From positions 4,652,001 to 4,716,000 of the forward strand of contig CM075997.1 in NCBI GenBank assembly GCA_038087875.1: a stretch of DNA of 64,000 nucleotides, read 5' to 3'. Made by a program: the position numbers and the translations under genes. Positions 1-12,037 of the stretch are shown piece by piece (positions within the stretch are counted from its first letter, which is position 1; every line of letters begins with the position of its first letter). The stretch comes from Malacoraja senta (taxonomy: Eukaryota). The notes below the pieces were generated by a model. That model worked only from the letters and a program-made list of their open reading frames with translations, searched no databases and was not told the DNA's origin.

Positions 1-408
<408 letters not shown>

Positions 409-565
409 ACACAAGTGAACACTACACAAACAATACTAGTGTTGGACGGGCCAGGACAGGGGGCTTTAACTGCGGCCACATTCCTGCTGCCTCCATCACA
501 GGCTGCAGGCATCCTCTTACTGTCGTTAGAGGACAGACTGGCGGCTAATGTTGGCTCATGGTTAG

Positions 566-626
566 ATCTCTCTCCCTCTCCCTCTCCCTCTCCCTCTCCC
601 TCTCCCTCTCCCTCTCTCCCTCCCTC

Positions 627-707
<81 letters not shown>

Positions 708-765
708 CTATGTCTCTCTCACTATCTCTCTCTATCTCTATCTCTCTCTATCTCTCACTCTCTCC
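566..765. repeat. (CTCCCT)n/(CT)n microsatellite
   Basis: Directly visible polypyrimidine repeat. Confidence 0.95.
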
Positions 766-1019
766 TTCCCTCATTCATTTCCCACCCTCTCCCCCACACA
801 TCCCCACCCACACTTCAGCCCCGGACACCCAGGGAAGGGACACTCTGCTGGTTCCCAGCGAGGAATCCAGTACAGTTTCACTGCGTCATATCGTTGCCCT
901 TCCCTCTGATGTTGTAGCAGACTTGTTACAGGGGTGAGCCATGGCAACTGAACAGCTCGTGGGGTGGGGGCTTAGTCGTAAAGGGATGGGGCATGCATGT
1001 GGCGTAAGCACGAATCGAT

Positions 1020-1262
1020 ACGATAGAACTTTATTTATCCAGGAGGGAAATTGTTCAGCCAACAGTCATAAAAACACAAAATACATGAAACGTAATTAAA
1101 GTGACAAGTGGAAATGATTGAGGATGTGCAAAGATTGGGGAGGGGGTGGGGAGGGGGGGGGAGTCAGTCTCAGTCGACCCCACGACAGAATGGGCGGAGT
1201 TGTACAATTTGATAGCCACAGGGAAGAAAGATCTCCTGTGGCGTTCTGTCCTGCATCTTGGT
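1020..1262 (-). mobile_element. Rex1/Babar-type LINE 3' fragment
   Basis: Minus strand encodes PRCRTERHRRSFFPVAIKLYN (Rex-type ORF end), followed by a 3'UTR ending in an ATAAA-containing tail. Confidence 0.6.
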
Positions 1263-1486
1263 GGATGTCTTAAAGGGCTGCGACATGCATGGATCACAAC
1301 ACTGAAACAGAACCAAATGTAAGTGTTATGGTGCGTTATTTGCCACATGTACTGAGGTTCAGTGGAATTCAAGTTTGTACGCAGTTCAGTGCAATATAAT
1401 AAGAGTATTAAAACTCTTAATGGGCAGTTGGAAGCTTTTCCCAAGGTGGAAATGTCAAAGACTAGCGGGCAGAGTCTACTTTTCTG

Positions 1487-1877
1487 TAGACTTTAAAGAT
1501 ACAGCATGGAAACTGGCCCTTCGGCCCATCGAGTCCGCCGCCCAGCGATCCCTGCACACTAGCACTATCCTACACATACAAGGGACAACTTCAATGGTCT
1601 ACCAAAGCCAATTAACCTACAAGCCTGTACGTCTTTGGAGTCAAAGTCAATTTTATTTGTCACATGCCCCCGAAGGTGCAGTGAAATGAATTTGCCAGCA
1701 ACGACACACGTAAAAAGAACACACGATACACAATACAGTGTGGGAGGAAACCGAAGATCTCGGAGCCACAGGGAGAACGTACAAACTATGTACAGACAGC
1801 ACCCGTAGTCGGGATCGAACCCGGGGTCTCCAGCGCTGTAAGGCAGCAACTCTACCGCTGCACCACCGTGTCGCCCA
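1487..1877 (-). mobile_element. HE1-type tRNA-derived V-SINE, with a ~100-bp insertion near 1641-1737
   Basis: tRNA-like head (GGTGGTGCAGCGGTAGAG...GGGTTCGATCCC), V-domain (GTTTGTACGTTCTCCC...GGTTTCCTCCCACA) and LINE-shared tail GGGCCGAAGGGCC. Confidence 0.85.
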
Positions 1878-1973
1878 AAGTTGCTTTACAGTGAGAGGGG
1901 CAAAGTCTAAAGGGATTGTGCAGGGAAAGTTTTAAACACAGAGGGTGGTGGGTGCCTGGAACGCGCTGCCAGG

Positions 1974-2363
1974 CAAAGACCCTACAGCGAGCAAGATAGA
2001 CCACTCGACGAAAAAGACGTAGTACGGTCATGGGCAGATTCATGGGTCATTTTCGGCCCCATTTCCGTAACCGGCTTCCGTCTCCGCACCAAAGATCCCA
2101 AAGATACTAGTGCGGAGACGGAAGACGGTTACGGAAACATCTCGGGAAAAATAAAAGTTCTTTGGGAAAAATCTTTTCCTCATTTTCAGAATTTTAATTT
2201 ATTAACACAAACTGTTTCCCCGCAACGTTGATTACACTGCGAGTCGGGTCGGGTCGGGTCGGGTTACTGAAATGGATGAAAAAAAGGCCCACGTTCTGCT
2301 CCGTTGCGTACTACACGTCAGCCCATTGCATTTAGAAGGAGTGGTCTATCTATAGGATCTTTG
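1974..2363. mobile_element. Non-autonomous DNA transposon with 8-bp TSD (hAT- or P-like), inserted in a CR1 fragment
   Basis: Inverted termini CAAAGACCCTACAG / CTATAGGATCTTTG; direct repeat CTGCCAGG at 1966-1973 and 2364-2371; CR1 sequence resumes on both sides. Confidence 0.8.
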
Positions 2364-2699
2364 CTGCCAGGGGTGGTGGTGGAGGCAGATAGGTGTGTAA
2401 GAGGCGTCTAGATAGCCACAAAGATCTGGATCACCTGCAGGCAGAGGAGATTAGTTTAACTTGGGATCATGTTCAACACAGACATTGTGGGCTGAAGGGC
2501 CTGTTCCTGTGTTGTACCGTTCTATGTAATGGGAGATGGCTTGCAAACTGTGACATTTAAAGAGACACCTCTGGCATCTGATGAAACAGAAATAAAACAT
2601 GTGTGTGAATACGTTTAAAGGGATTGGCATCCATGTAATACATTTGTTAAAGGGTAGAATTCTTAAAGGGATATGTCCTACAAACGCAGTGTAAAATGA

Positions 2700-3050
2700 C
2701 ACAGCATTTCAACTCCCCCTCCCATTCCGAATCCAACCTTTCTGTCCTGGGCCTCCTCCATGGCCAGAGTGAGGCCCACTGCAAATTGGAGGAGCAGCAC
2801 CTCATATTTCGCTTGGGTAGTTTACACCCCAGCGGTATGAACATTGACTTCTCCAATTTCGGTAGTCCCTGCTTTCTCCCTCTTTCCCCTCCCATTCCCA
2901 ACTCTCCCACAAGCCTATATTCTTTATTCTTCCCACTCTCCACACCCCCACATCAGTCTGAAGAAGGGTCTCGACCCGAAACGTCACCTATTCCTTCGCT
3001 CCATAGATGCTGCCTCACCCGCTGAGTTTCTCCAGCACTTATGTCTACAA
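2700..3050 (+). mobile_element. Penelope-like element 3' end (GIY-YIG C-terminus plus terminal repeat)
   Basis: Encodes HFNSPSHSESNLSVLGLLHGQSEAHCKLEEQHLIFRLGSLHPSGMNIDF, the typical PLE endonuclease tail (HF..H...E...I..L.SL.P.G.N), then the CTGAAGAAGGGTCTCGACCCGAAACGTC repeat. Confidence 0.8.
2958..2985 (+). ncRNA. Minimal type I hammerhead-ribozyme-like motif (representative copy)
   Basis: CUGAAGA, extra A, stem GGGU-(CUCG)-ACCC, GAAA, C-GUC. Identical copies at 37102-37129 and 46041-46068 (+) and at 5870-5897 and 19639-19666 (-). Stem I is weak, so activity is unproven. Confidence 0.55.
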
Positions 3051-4117
3051 CAGAAACATAGAAAATTGGTGCAGGAGTTGGCCATTCGGCCTTCGAGCCA
3101 GAACCGCCATTCAAAATCAGTAACCCCGTTCCTGTTTTCTCCCCATAATCCGTTAGCCCTGAGAGCTCTATCTAACTCTCCTCTTGAAAATACCCAGTGA
3201 ATTGGCCTCCACTGCCAAGGTTAACCTCTCACCTGCCTGCAAATGACCCATAACGCTCCATTCCATACATATCCATGTTCCTATTTAAAAGCTTCTTAAA
3301 CTCCTCTGTTGTATCTGCCTCCACCACCACCCCTGGCAGCGCGTACCAGGCACCCAGCAACCACTGTGTGAAAACATTGCCTCACATATCATCTTCAAGT
3401 CTTGCTTCTTTCACCCTAAAGCTATGCCTTCCCATCTTTGATATTTCCACCCTGGGAAAAGATTTGAAGAGGACAGTATCTACTGAGAGCGTGGTGAATG
3501 TTTGCAGTTTTCCGCTCCGTGTGGCTGGAAGGCTGAGTTATGGATTCTTTTTAAAATCGAGATTAATATATTTATGCTTGCCTTAGGACTTTTTGTTTGG
3601 TTTGGAGGGATACGGGCCAAACGGAGGCCACATGGGCCAAAGCTTGGTCAGCATGGCCAAGGTGGGCCAAAGGACCTGTTTTTTACATGTTGACCATCCC
3701 TATCACTCAATGACATGGATATGCAGGGAATAGAGGGATATGGATCATGTGCATGCAGGTGGGATTAGTTATAGAATCGTAGAGTGATACAGTGTGGAAA
3801 CAGGCCCTTCGGCCCAACTCGCCCACACTGTCCCAGCTACACAAGTCCCACTTGCCTACACTTGGTCCATAACCCTCCAAACCTGTCTTATCCATGTACC
3901 TGTCCAACTGTTTCTTAAATGTTGGGATCGTCCCAGCCTCAATACACCATACACCCACCACCCTCTGTGTGAAAAAGTCACCCTTCGGATTCCTATTAAA
4001 CCTTTTCCCCTTAACCTTGAACCTATGTCCTCTGGTCCTCGATTCGCCTACTCTGGGCAAAAGACTCCGTGCATCTACCTGCAGTAAGCTCTGCGGGAGC
4101 GTGCTTTAAGAAGTTCT

Positions 4118-4322
4118 TTAAGAAGGAACTGCAGGAAAATGGAAAGTAGACAAAAACCTTAGAGAAACTCAGCGGGTGAGGCAGCGTCTATGGAGCGAAG
4201 GAAATAGGCAACGTTTCGGATCGTCCGAAACGACCGAAGGTCTCGGCCCAAAATGTTGCCTTCTTCCTTCGCTCCATAGATGCTGCCTCACCCGCTGAGT
4301 TTCTCCAGCATTTTTGTCTACC
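4118..4322. mobile_element. Palindromic non-autonomous Penelope-derived element
   Basis: Inverted arms GAGAAACTCAGCGGGTGAGGCAGC.TCTATGGAGCGAAGGAA ... TTCCTTCGCTCCATAGATGCTGCCTCACCCGCTGAGTTTCTC. Confidence 0.7.
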
Positions 4323-4499
4323 TGCTATGTGTATCTGATTGCTTCTGAAGTTGTTCACTCCACAGTAGGGGATAGTGTTTCACCAAGGACAGCTACAATT
4401 TCCTTTGGGGAGAAATATTTGGAGGCCGTTGCCAAGCTATTCCACTGATGTTGAATTTAGGGCATCTACCAAGAGACCCAGCGGTTGAGAATCTCACCC

Positions 4500-4612
4500 T
4501 AAGGCACTGCCCCTCCCACAGTGTGGCACTCCCTCAGTAATACCCCTCCCTCAGTACTAACCCCTCCATCAGTACTAACCCCCTCCCTCAGTACTGCCCC
4601 TATCTCGGTACT
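4500..4612 (-). repeat. Tandemised remnant of a Deu-domain SINE (SacSINE1-like)
   Basis: CAGTGTGGCACTCCCTCAGTA followed by repeated CCCCTCCCTCAGTACT; matches from memory the reverse complement of the Deu-SINE motif CTGAGGGAGTGCTGCACTG. Confidence 0.5.
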
Positions 4613-5198
4613 GCTTGCTGTGTGGATGGGGCTGTGATTATGGGCCCATTATAGAGGCTGAGCCTTGACTGACGAGTGCAGTCCCTTCCCGCTGAGGCGA
4701 TGCTTAATTGCAACAGCTTTCCCTGTTACAATCAGCGTGAGTTCAGGGGACGTTAAAAACCTCAGGCTGATGGTTTTGCCGCAAATGTTCTCTCATGATT
4801 GAAAGCGGGCGGCAAATTACCTGCAAACCCATTGCCAAACCCCCTCCAACAGGGTATCAGTCGAGGCTAAGGCAGGAACAATTAGCAGAGGTAAGAAGGC
4901 AAGATTGCCCAAGTCTGTGTCCAATTGCTGTTGTATTGTGAATAGTACTCGGGGGTATAAATTCAGTGTGGGAAGGTGTTGAAGGGGTTCATCGGAGTGG
5001 CAACAGGTTCTCTGTAAACTCTGCTGTGGGCCTTGTGCAGAGAGTGTCCATAAAACAGCAGGACATGAGGAAGCAGTATTAATCACAGCCAGGCATTGAG
5101 CAGTTAGTTCCAAGCCCTGCAGAGTTTCCAAAGTTTAAGACGCAGCCACGCTCATTTGTTCCATATACATTCTCCACATCTTTCATTTCCCTCTCCCC

Positions 5199-5750
5199 GA
5201 GGGTCGACAACTTTCTCACTCCCAAATAAGGGACAAAAGGTCAAAATACGGGACAAATTCCCGACGGCAATTGGTTGACCGACTGGGCCGTGTCTGGGTG
5301 GGTGAATGATGAGTTGGCCCCAGGGTGCTGGACTGCACACAAAGCCCAGCCGGCGGGGCCAGCTGAGGAGTTTTGTGCCGGGCCGCGCGACGTCGCGCGC
5401 AAAGTCCGGCGGCCCCGTCCAACTCATGAACCGATGATCGGCCGTGAGAAGGAGGGCTGGTGGTGGTGTCGGTGGTAAGCGAAGGTCCGAAGGTCGGACA
5501 GCTGGCCGGGCTGCCGACCGACCGACGGGGCCATGGGTGAGGCGCTGCTGCTGCTGCTGCTGCTGCACTCCATGAGCTGCACTACGTCGGGACGGGTGAG
5601 GCGGGGCCGGACGCGGCGCTCCAACCCGAAAGTCCCCTCGACCCGGGTAGTAGCAGTCAAATACGGGACAAGGGCGGTCCCGTACGAGACAAACCAATTT
5701 AGCCCAACATACGGGATGTCCTGGCTAATACGGGACAGTTGGCAACCCTA
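5199..5750. mobile_element. hAT-like MITE with GC-rich interior
   Basis: Termini GAGGGTCGACAACT / AGTTGGCAACCCTA; 8-bp TSD CTCTCCCC at 5191-5198 and 5751-5758; subterminal ATACGGGACA repeats; host is a Penelope 3'UTR fragment. Confidence 0.8.
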
Positions 5751-6852
5751 CTCTCCCCTGACTCTCAGTATGAAGAGAACGTCACCTTTTTCTCCGGAAA
5801 TGCTGCCTGACCCAAAATGCTGGAGTAACTCAGCGGAACAGGCAGCATCTCCGGAGAGAAGGAATGGGTGACGTTTCGGGTCGAGACCCTTCTTCAGACT
5901 GAAAGTCAGGGGAAGGGGATATGAGAGATATAGGCGGTGATGTAGAGAGATATAGGGTTTACAGAGGATATAGAGTTTTTAGTTTAGTTCAGTTTAGTTT
6001 AGAGATACAGCGTGGAAACAGGCCCTTCGGCCCACCGAGTCCGCGCCGACCAGCGATCCCCGCACGCTAACACCACCCTACACACACCAGGGACAATTTT
6101 GTTATACATTTACATTTACCTCCTGCCTTTTCCCCCTAACCTCCGACACCCGTATTAATCAAGAATTTGTCAATCTCCGCCTTAAAAATATCCACTGACT
6201 TGGCCTCCACAGCCGTCTGTGGCAATGAGTTCCACAGATTCACCACCCTCTGACTAAAGATATTCCTCCTCATCTCTAAAGCATTTGAAAGATACTTGTA
6301 CATAGATTTAGCTCTTAGGGCTAACGGAATCAAGGGATATGGGGAGAAAGCAGGAACGGGGTACTGATTTTGACTTTGGATGATCAGCCATGATCATATT
6401 GAATGGCGGTGCTGGTTCGAAGGGCCGAATGGCCCACCGCACCCACTTTTCTATGTTTGCAACTAAACTAAATGCCAGCTGCTGCATGTTGACTGTGTGA
6501 GGTGCTGGGGATGTGGAGGCAAGTGATCTTTTGAGGACAGCCCCAGTTACAAGGTGCTGCCATTTGGACCATCGTGCTTGCTTGAAGCTGACAACCCAAT
6601 GTTGTGACAACCCAACCAGGCTCTGGTATCTCCTGTATTATCTCCAGCAACCCAATGGTGGGATACTGGAGATACCACACCTCCACCTGGTGCGGTGGCG
6701 TAGTGGGTAGTGCTGCTGCCTCACTGCACCAGTGACCCCGGTTCCATCCTGTCCATGGACGCTCTCTGTGTGGAGTTTGCACCTTCTCCCCGTGACTGCT
6801 TGGATTTAATTTAGTTTTGTTTTTATTTTAGAGATACAGCGCAGAAACAGGC

Positions 6853-7145
6853 CTGTGAGTGTGTGTGTGTGTGAGTGTGTGTGCGCGGGTGTATGTGTGT
6901 GTGTGTGTGGATGTGAGTGTGAGTGAGTGTATGTGGGCACACACGTGTACGTGAGCGCATGTGTGTGTGGCTGTGTGCGTGTGAGCGTGTGTGTGTGAGT
7001 GTGTGCGTGGGTGTGAGTGTGTGAGCGTGTGTGTGGGCACGTGTGTGTGAGCATGGGTGTGAGTGTGAGTGTGCGTGTGTGTGAGCGTGTGTGCGGGCAC
7101 GTGTGCGTGACCATTTATGTGTGTGAGTGGATACGTATGTGTGTG

Positions 7146-7179
<34 letters not shown>

Positions 7180-7472
7180 CATGTGTGTGCGTGTGTGTGA
7201 GCGTGTGCGTGTGTGTGTGTGTGCATGCATGCGTGCGTGTGTGTGTGCGTGTGTGCGCTTGTGTGCGCGTGTGTGCGCGTGCATGTGCGTGCGCGTGCGT
7301 GTGCGTGCGTGAGCGTGCGTGTGAGCGTGTGTGTGTGCGTGTGTGAGCGCGTGCGCGCGTGTGTGTGGGCGCGTGTGTGTATGTGCGTGCGTGCGTGTGT
7401 GTGCGTGTGTGTGCGTGTGTGTGCGTGTGTGTGTGTGTGTGCGTGTGTGAGCGTGTGTGTGTGTGTGCGTGT
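6853..7472. repeat. Degenerate (TG)n/(TGCG)n microsatellite
   Basis: Directly visible. Confidence 0.95.
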
Positions 7473-7913
7473 GCCGGTGTACAGTACCTGAATCAGGGCG
7501 TTAGATTTGGTTCTCATCCCGGTACAGTGCCGGGTCCTGGTGAATGGGCCGGGCTGTGCGAGGGGTGAAGGTGTTGATCGTGCCGGCAGCCAGCCAGCCC
7601 AGCCCGGCCGGCCAGGGTGTTTGGATAGAGCAAGCTACAGACAGGCACCGGGGATTGCGCATGATGACAAGTGGGACGAGATGCTGGGCTCTTAGATGCA
7701 TTATTTAGATGCCCTGCAGGCAGGCTTTTAAAGCCTTCCTTTAGCCCGAGGACAAAACACTGCGGCAGCTGTTGAAGGCTGGTGGTTTATTATTATTAAA
7801 ACAGCATAAATGCAACGGAAGTAAAGTTGACTCTGAGCGGGCAACTGAGGGGACAGAGGCCACACGTCCCCTTCTCAAGGCTCTCTCCCTGTGACCTGGG
7901 CGAGAGTATTGGG

Positions 7914-8320
7914 TGTGGCGCAGCGGTAGAGTTGCGCCACGCACACTAATGCATACGCATGCGGACACACACTGACCCGTGAACACCCGCAAACACGCAA
8001 GAATGCACACGCTCACGCACACACGCACACATAAATCACACATGCCTGCCTCACAGCGCAAGAGACCCGGGTTCAATCCTGACTACGGGTGCTGTCTGTA
8101 CGGAGTTTGTACGTTCTCACCGTGATTTTTCTCCGGGTGCTCCGGTTTCCTCCCACGCTCTCAAGACGTACAGGTTTGTAGGTTCATTGGCTTGGTATCA
8201 TTGTAAATTGTCCCTAGTGGGTGTAGGATAGTGTTAGTGTGCGGGGATCGCTGGTCGGCGTGGACTCAGGGGGCCGAAGGGCCTGTTGTCGTGCTGTATC
8301 TCTAAACTAAACTAAACTAA
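7914..8320 (+). mobile_element. HE1-type SINE, head interrupted by a CA-rich insert
   Basis: Head at 7914-7936, body resumes near 8047, (TAAAC)n tail. Confidence 0.85.
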
Positions 8321-8789
8321 TTCCTCTTGGAGTGTCCACCAGCACATCCCCAGCCTACATCGAGGGACAGCCATTGGGCTGGGCTGGGAGTGAGGGAGGG
8401 GGAGTTGTTGGTGGGTGTCTAACATCGACAATGAGGAACCCCTTCATCCGAGGGTGGTCGCGTTTAATGAAGACGAGGATCAATGTGTCAAACGCAGGAA
8501 GGTTCAGGAGAAAGGGGAATTTGGGGATTAATCCAGGGATGAGGGATGAGTGGGTCAGGGGACAGACACAAAGTGCCGGAGTAACTCAGCGGGTGGGTGG
8601 GCTGTAATGCCTGTTTCCGCGCTGTATCCCTAATCTAAACTAAACTAAAAGCTGTTGTTTGCGTGCGATCCCGTCAAATCAAGCCGTGCCGTGCAGTATC
8701 CGATCAAGCCACACAAAAGTACGACAGGTAATGCAAAAATACCAGAGTGCAGTATATATTGTTACAGCGTTACAGCGTTACAGTTGCAG

Positions 8790-9352
8790 GGGCGCCGGGG
8801 AGATGGCAGCCCTGCCAGCAGTCCGTTCGTTTTTCATCTTTTTTTTAATTTTTAGCGTTTGTTGAAAGTTTGTTTTAATGTTGCTCGGTTTGTTTTGTGT
8901 GGGGGGAGGGGGGAGGGGGTCGGGGGAAACTTTTTTTCAAGCTCTTACCTTCCCGGAGATGTGATCAATTTTTGGATCACGTTCTCCGGGCTCTGCGGCC
9001 TACCATCGCTGGAGCTGGAGGCCTCCTCAGACTGTCGTGAGCCCCACCGCGGGGCGCGGACTTAACATCGGAGCGGATCCCTTGCCTGGGATCGCCCCCA
9101 CCACGAAATCAACATCAAGGGCTCGCAGTCTCGGGAGAGGCTAGTCGGGAGCTCCAACGCCGCGGAAGGCTCGACCTGCCCCGACGCGAGGTTCGATCGC
9201 CCGGCGCAGGGGAGCTGACATCCCCCCGATGCAGGAGCTGATCGCCTCGACGCAGAGGGACGTTACTTTTAATTGTATGACTGACCTGGCCAATGAAATT
9301 CCTCGTATTTTGCAAAACATACTTGGCGAATAAAGTGTGATTCTGATTCTGA
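8790..9352 (+). mobile_element. GC-rich non-autonomous retroelement with Rex-like tail; related pieces at ~28980-29310 (-) and ~32655-33410 (+)
   Basis: Shares blocks such as GACGCGAGGTTCGATCGCCCGGC...GGGGAGCTGACATCCCCC and a TGTATGACTGAC...AATAAAG tail with the 29 kb copy; family assignment is inferred. Confidence 0.5.
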
Positions 9353-10706
9353 AAAAAGTGCAAGTTCCGCATTGGATAGGTTGGAAGATCGGGTCTACAC
9401 CCTTAGCTCATGGGTGGACCATAGCAGGGGGGATGAATCTATTCCTGAATCTGGTGGTGATATTAGTACTTGTTTATTATAGTTGTGTCCAAGACACCGT
9501 GAGAAACTTTGGTCAAAGACAGGCCAAAACATCCATGACTCAAGAACGGTCCCGATTCGAGACGTCACCTTTCCATGTTCTCCAGGGATGCTGCCTGACC
9601 TGCTGAGTTACTCCAATTACTTTGTCTCTTAGCTTTGCTCAGTTTAGAGATACAGCGTGGAAACAATTGTACTGAAGCCAATTAACCTACAAACCTGGGC
9701 GTCTTTGGAGTGTGGGAGGAAACCGCAGATCTCGGTGAAAACCCACGCAGGTCACGGGGAGAAGATACAAACTCCGTACAGGCAGCACCCGTAGTCAGGA
9801 TCGAACCCGGGCCTCTGGCACTGTGAGGCAGCAACTCTACCACTGCGCCACCATGCCGCCCCTACCAGGAGTGTCGTGACAGAGTGGATGTGGGATAGAT
9901 GGTTCCTTATGTGGGAGTAATGCAGAGTTAGGGGGTCATTGTTGAAATACAAATGGTCGCCCTTTAACACATGGTGGAGGTGACGTTTTCATCACTCCGG
10001 GGGTCCTGAGTGTGTCTATCTTTGGTTGAAACCAGCATCAGCAAATCGCCTAGGTGGGACAGGCCCTTAAGATGCATGTATTACAAGTTCACAAATTATA
10101 GGAGCTGAATTAGTCCATTCGGCCCATCGAGTCTACTCCGCCATTCAATCAGGGCTGACCTCTGGCTCCTAATCCCATTTTCCTGCCTCTCCCCATAAAC
10201 CCTTGACACCCATTCTAATCAAGAATGTCTATCTCTGCCTTAAAAATATCCACTGACTTGGCCTCCACAGCCCTCTGGGCAATGAGCTCCACAGATTAAC
10301 TACCCTCTGACTAAAGATGTTCCTCCTCACCTCCTTTCTAAAAGAGTGCCCTTTAATTCTGAACAACTAACTTAGGCCTGATTCCAAGATGGCGGCCATC
10401 CCCGGCGATTATACGCACGCTCGCCGCAGAAACATATCTGCAACCATATATTACAATCATTGGTGACCCTCGGACTATCTTTGCTGGCTTTACCTTGCAC
10501 TAGATGTTATTCCCTTATCATGTATCTGTACACTGTGGACGGCTCGATTGTAATCATGTATTGTCTTTCCGCTGACTGGTTAGCTCGCAACAAAAGCTTT
10601 TCACCGTACCTCGTTACACGGGACAATAAACTGAACTAAACTGAGCCACCGCGCCCTCCGCACTCATTGGTCGGTGTCGCTGATCGCCGGGTCCCTCTCT
10701 CCCCAG

Positions 10707-10852
10707 GAGACGCGCTGGACAACAGCATGGCCTCGCCCGGGACCGGAGACGACGACGAACTCGACAAGGACAAGAGACGGCAGAAGAAGAGGGGCATCTT
10801 CCCTAAAGTCGCCACCAACATCATGCGGGCATGGCTCTTCCAGCACCTCACG
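10707..10852 (+). CDS. meis3: MEIS-class TALE homeobox exon (equivalent to MEIS1 exon 8): [49 protein letters not shown]
   Basis: Acceptor CTCTCTCCCCAG (AG 10705-10706), donor GTAAGA at 10853, 146 nt, phase 1 to 0. [23 protein letters not shown] is the MEIS homeodomain start. Family is certain; paralog assignment about 0.6. Confidence 0.95.
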
Positions 10853-11054
10853 GTAAGAGTGGGGCCAGGAAGGGGGTGGCAGGGCCGAGGGGGGGGGGGC
10901 GGGGACGGGGACGGGGGGACGGGGGGGTGTTATGAAGGACCCATCTCCTGCCTACCCTCAACCCTAGATAGAGACAGAGATAGAAAGATTTCTGATTAGT
11001 ACGGGTGTGTAGGCAGCAACTCTACACACTGTGCCATCATGCCAACCTCCAGCA

Positions 11055-11430
11055 AACCTGGATAGAGTGGATGTGGAGAGGATGTTTCCACTAGTGGGAG
11101 AGTCTCGGACTGGAAGTCACCCTAAGATTTCGAGGCCACAGCCTTAGAATTAAAGGACATTCCTTTTGGAAGGAGATGAGGAGGAATTTCTTCAGTCAGA
11201 GGGTGGTGAATCTGTGGAATTCTTTGCCACAGAAGGCTGTGGCCAAGTCAGTGGATATTTTTAAGGCAGAGATAGATAGATTCTTGATTAGTACGGGTGT
11301 CAAAGGTTATGGGGAGAAGGCAGGAGAATGGGGTTAGGAGGGAGAGATAGATCAGCCATGATAGAATGGCAGAGCAGACTTGATGAGCCAAATGGCCTAA
11401 TTCTACTCCTATCACTTATGACCTTATGAA
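11055..11430 (+). mobile_element. CR1/HER1 LINE 3' fragment
   Basis: LDRVDVERMFPLVGES...FFSQRVVNLWNSLPQKAV-type ORF2 end plus 3'UTR. Confidence 0.85.
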
Positions 11431-11504
11431 CAAACAGCACCCAAGGTCAGGATTGAACCCAGATCGCTGGGTCTGTGAGGCAGCAGCATGACTGGGCTGC
11501 TCCA

Positions 11505-11780
11505 TAGGTTTAAGGTGAAGGGGAAAAGATTCAATTGGAATCTGAGAGGTGACTTTTCCACACAGAGGGTGGTGGGTGTATGGAACAAGCTGCCAGAGGA
11601 GGTAGTTGAGGCTGGGACTATCGCAACGTTTAAGAAGCAGTTAGACAGGTACATGGATAGGACGGGTTTGGAGGGATATGGACCAAACGCGGGCAGGTGG
11701 GACTAGTGTAGATGGGACCTGTTGGTCAGTGTGGGCAAGTTGGGCCGAAGGGCCTGTTTCCACACTGTATCACTCTATAA
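11505..11780 (+). mobile_element. CR1 LINE 3' fragment (second subfamily)
   Basis: HRFKVKGKRF...QRVVGVWNKLPEEVVEAGTIATFKKQLDRYM. Confidence 0.85.
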
Positions 11781-12037
11781 TTGACCCTCAGTAAATGGGC
11801 CCGAGTGTGTAGGGAGTGGTGCAAAAGTGTGATAACGTAGAACTAGTGTGAACGGATGGTAGACAAAAATGCTGGAGAAACTCAGCGGGTGCAGCAGCAT
11901 CTATGGAGCGAAGGAAATAGGCAACGTTTCGGGCCGAAACCCTTCTTCAGTGTGAACGGATGATCGATGGTCAGCGTGGACTCAGTGGGCCGTAGAACTA
12001 AACTGGACTAAATGGCGGAACAAGCACAATGGCCCAG

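Noticed and set aside
934..948. Single X-box-like GTGAGCCATGGCAAC
   Set aside because: One imperfect motif; not distinguishable from chance.
5152..5871. GC-rich poly-Q/poly-L ORFs resembling a CpG-island first exon
   Set aside because: They lie within a TIR- and TSD-bounded hAT-like MITE.
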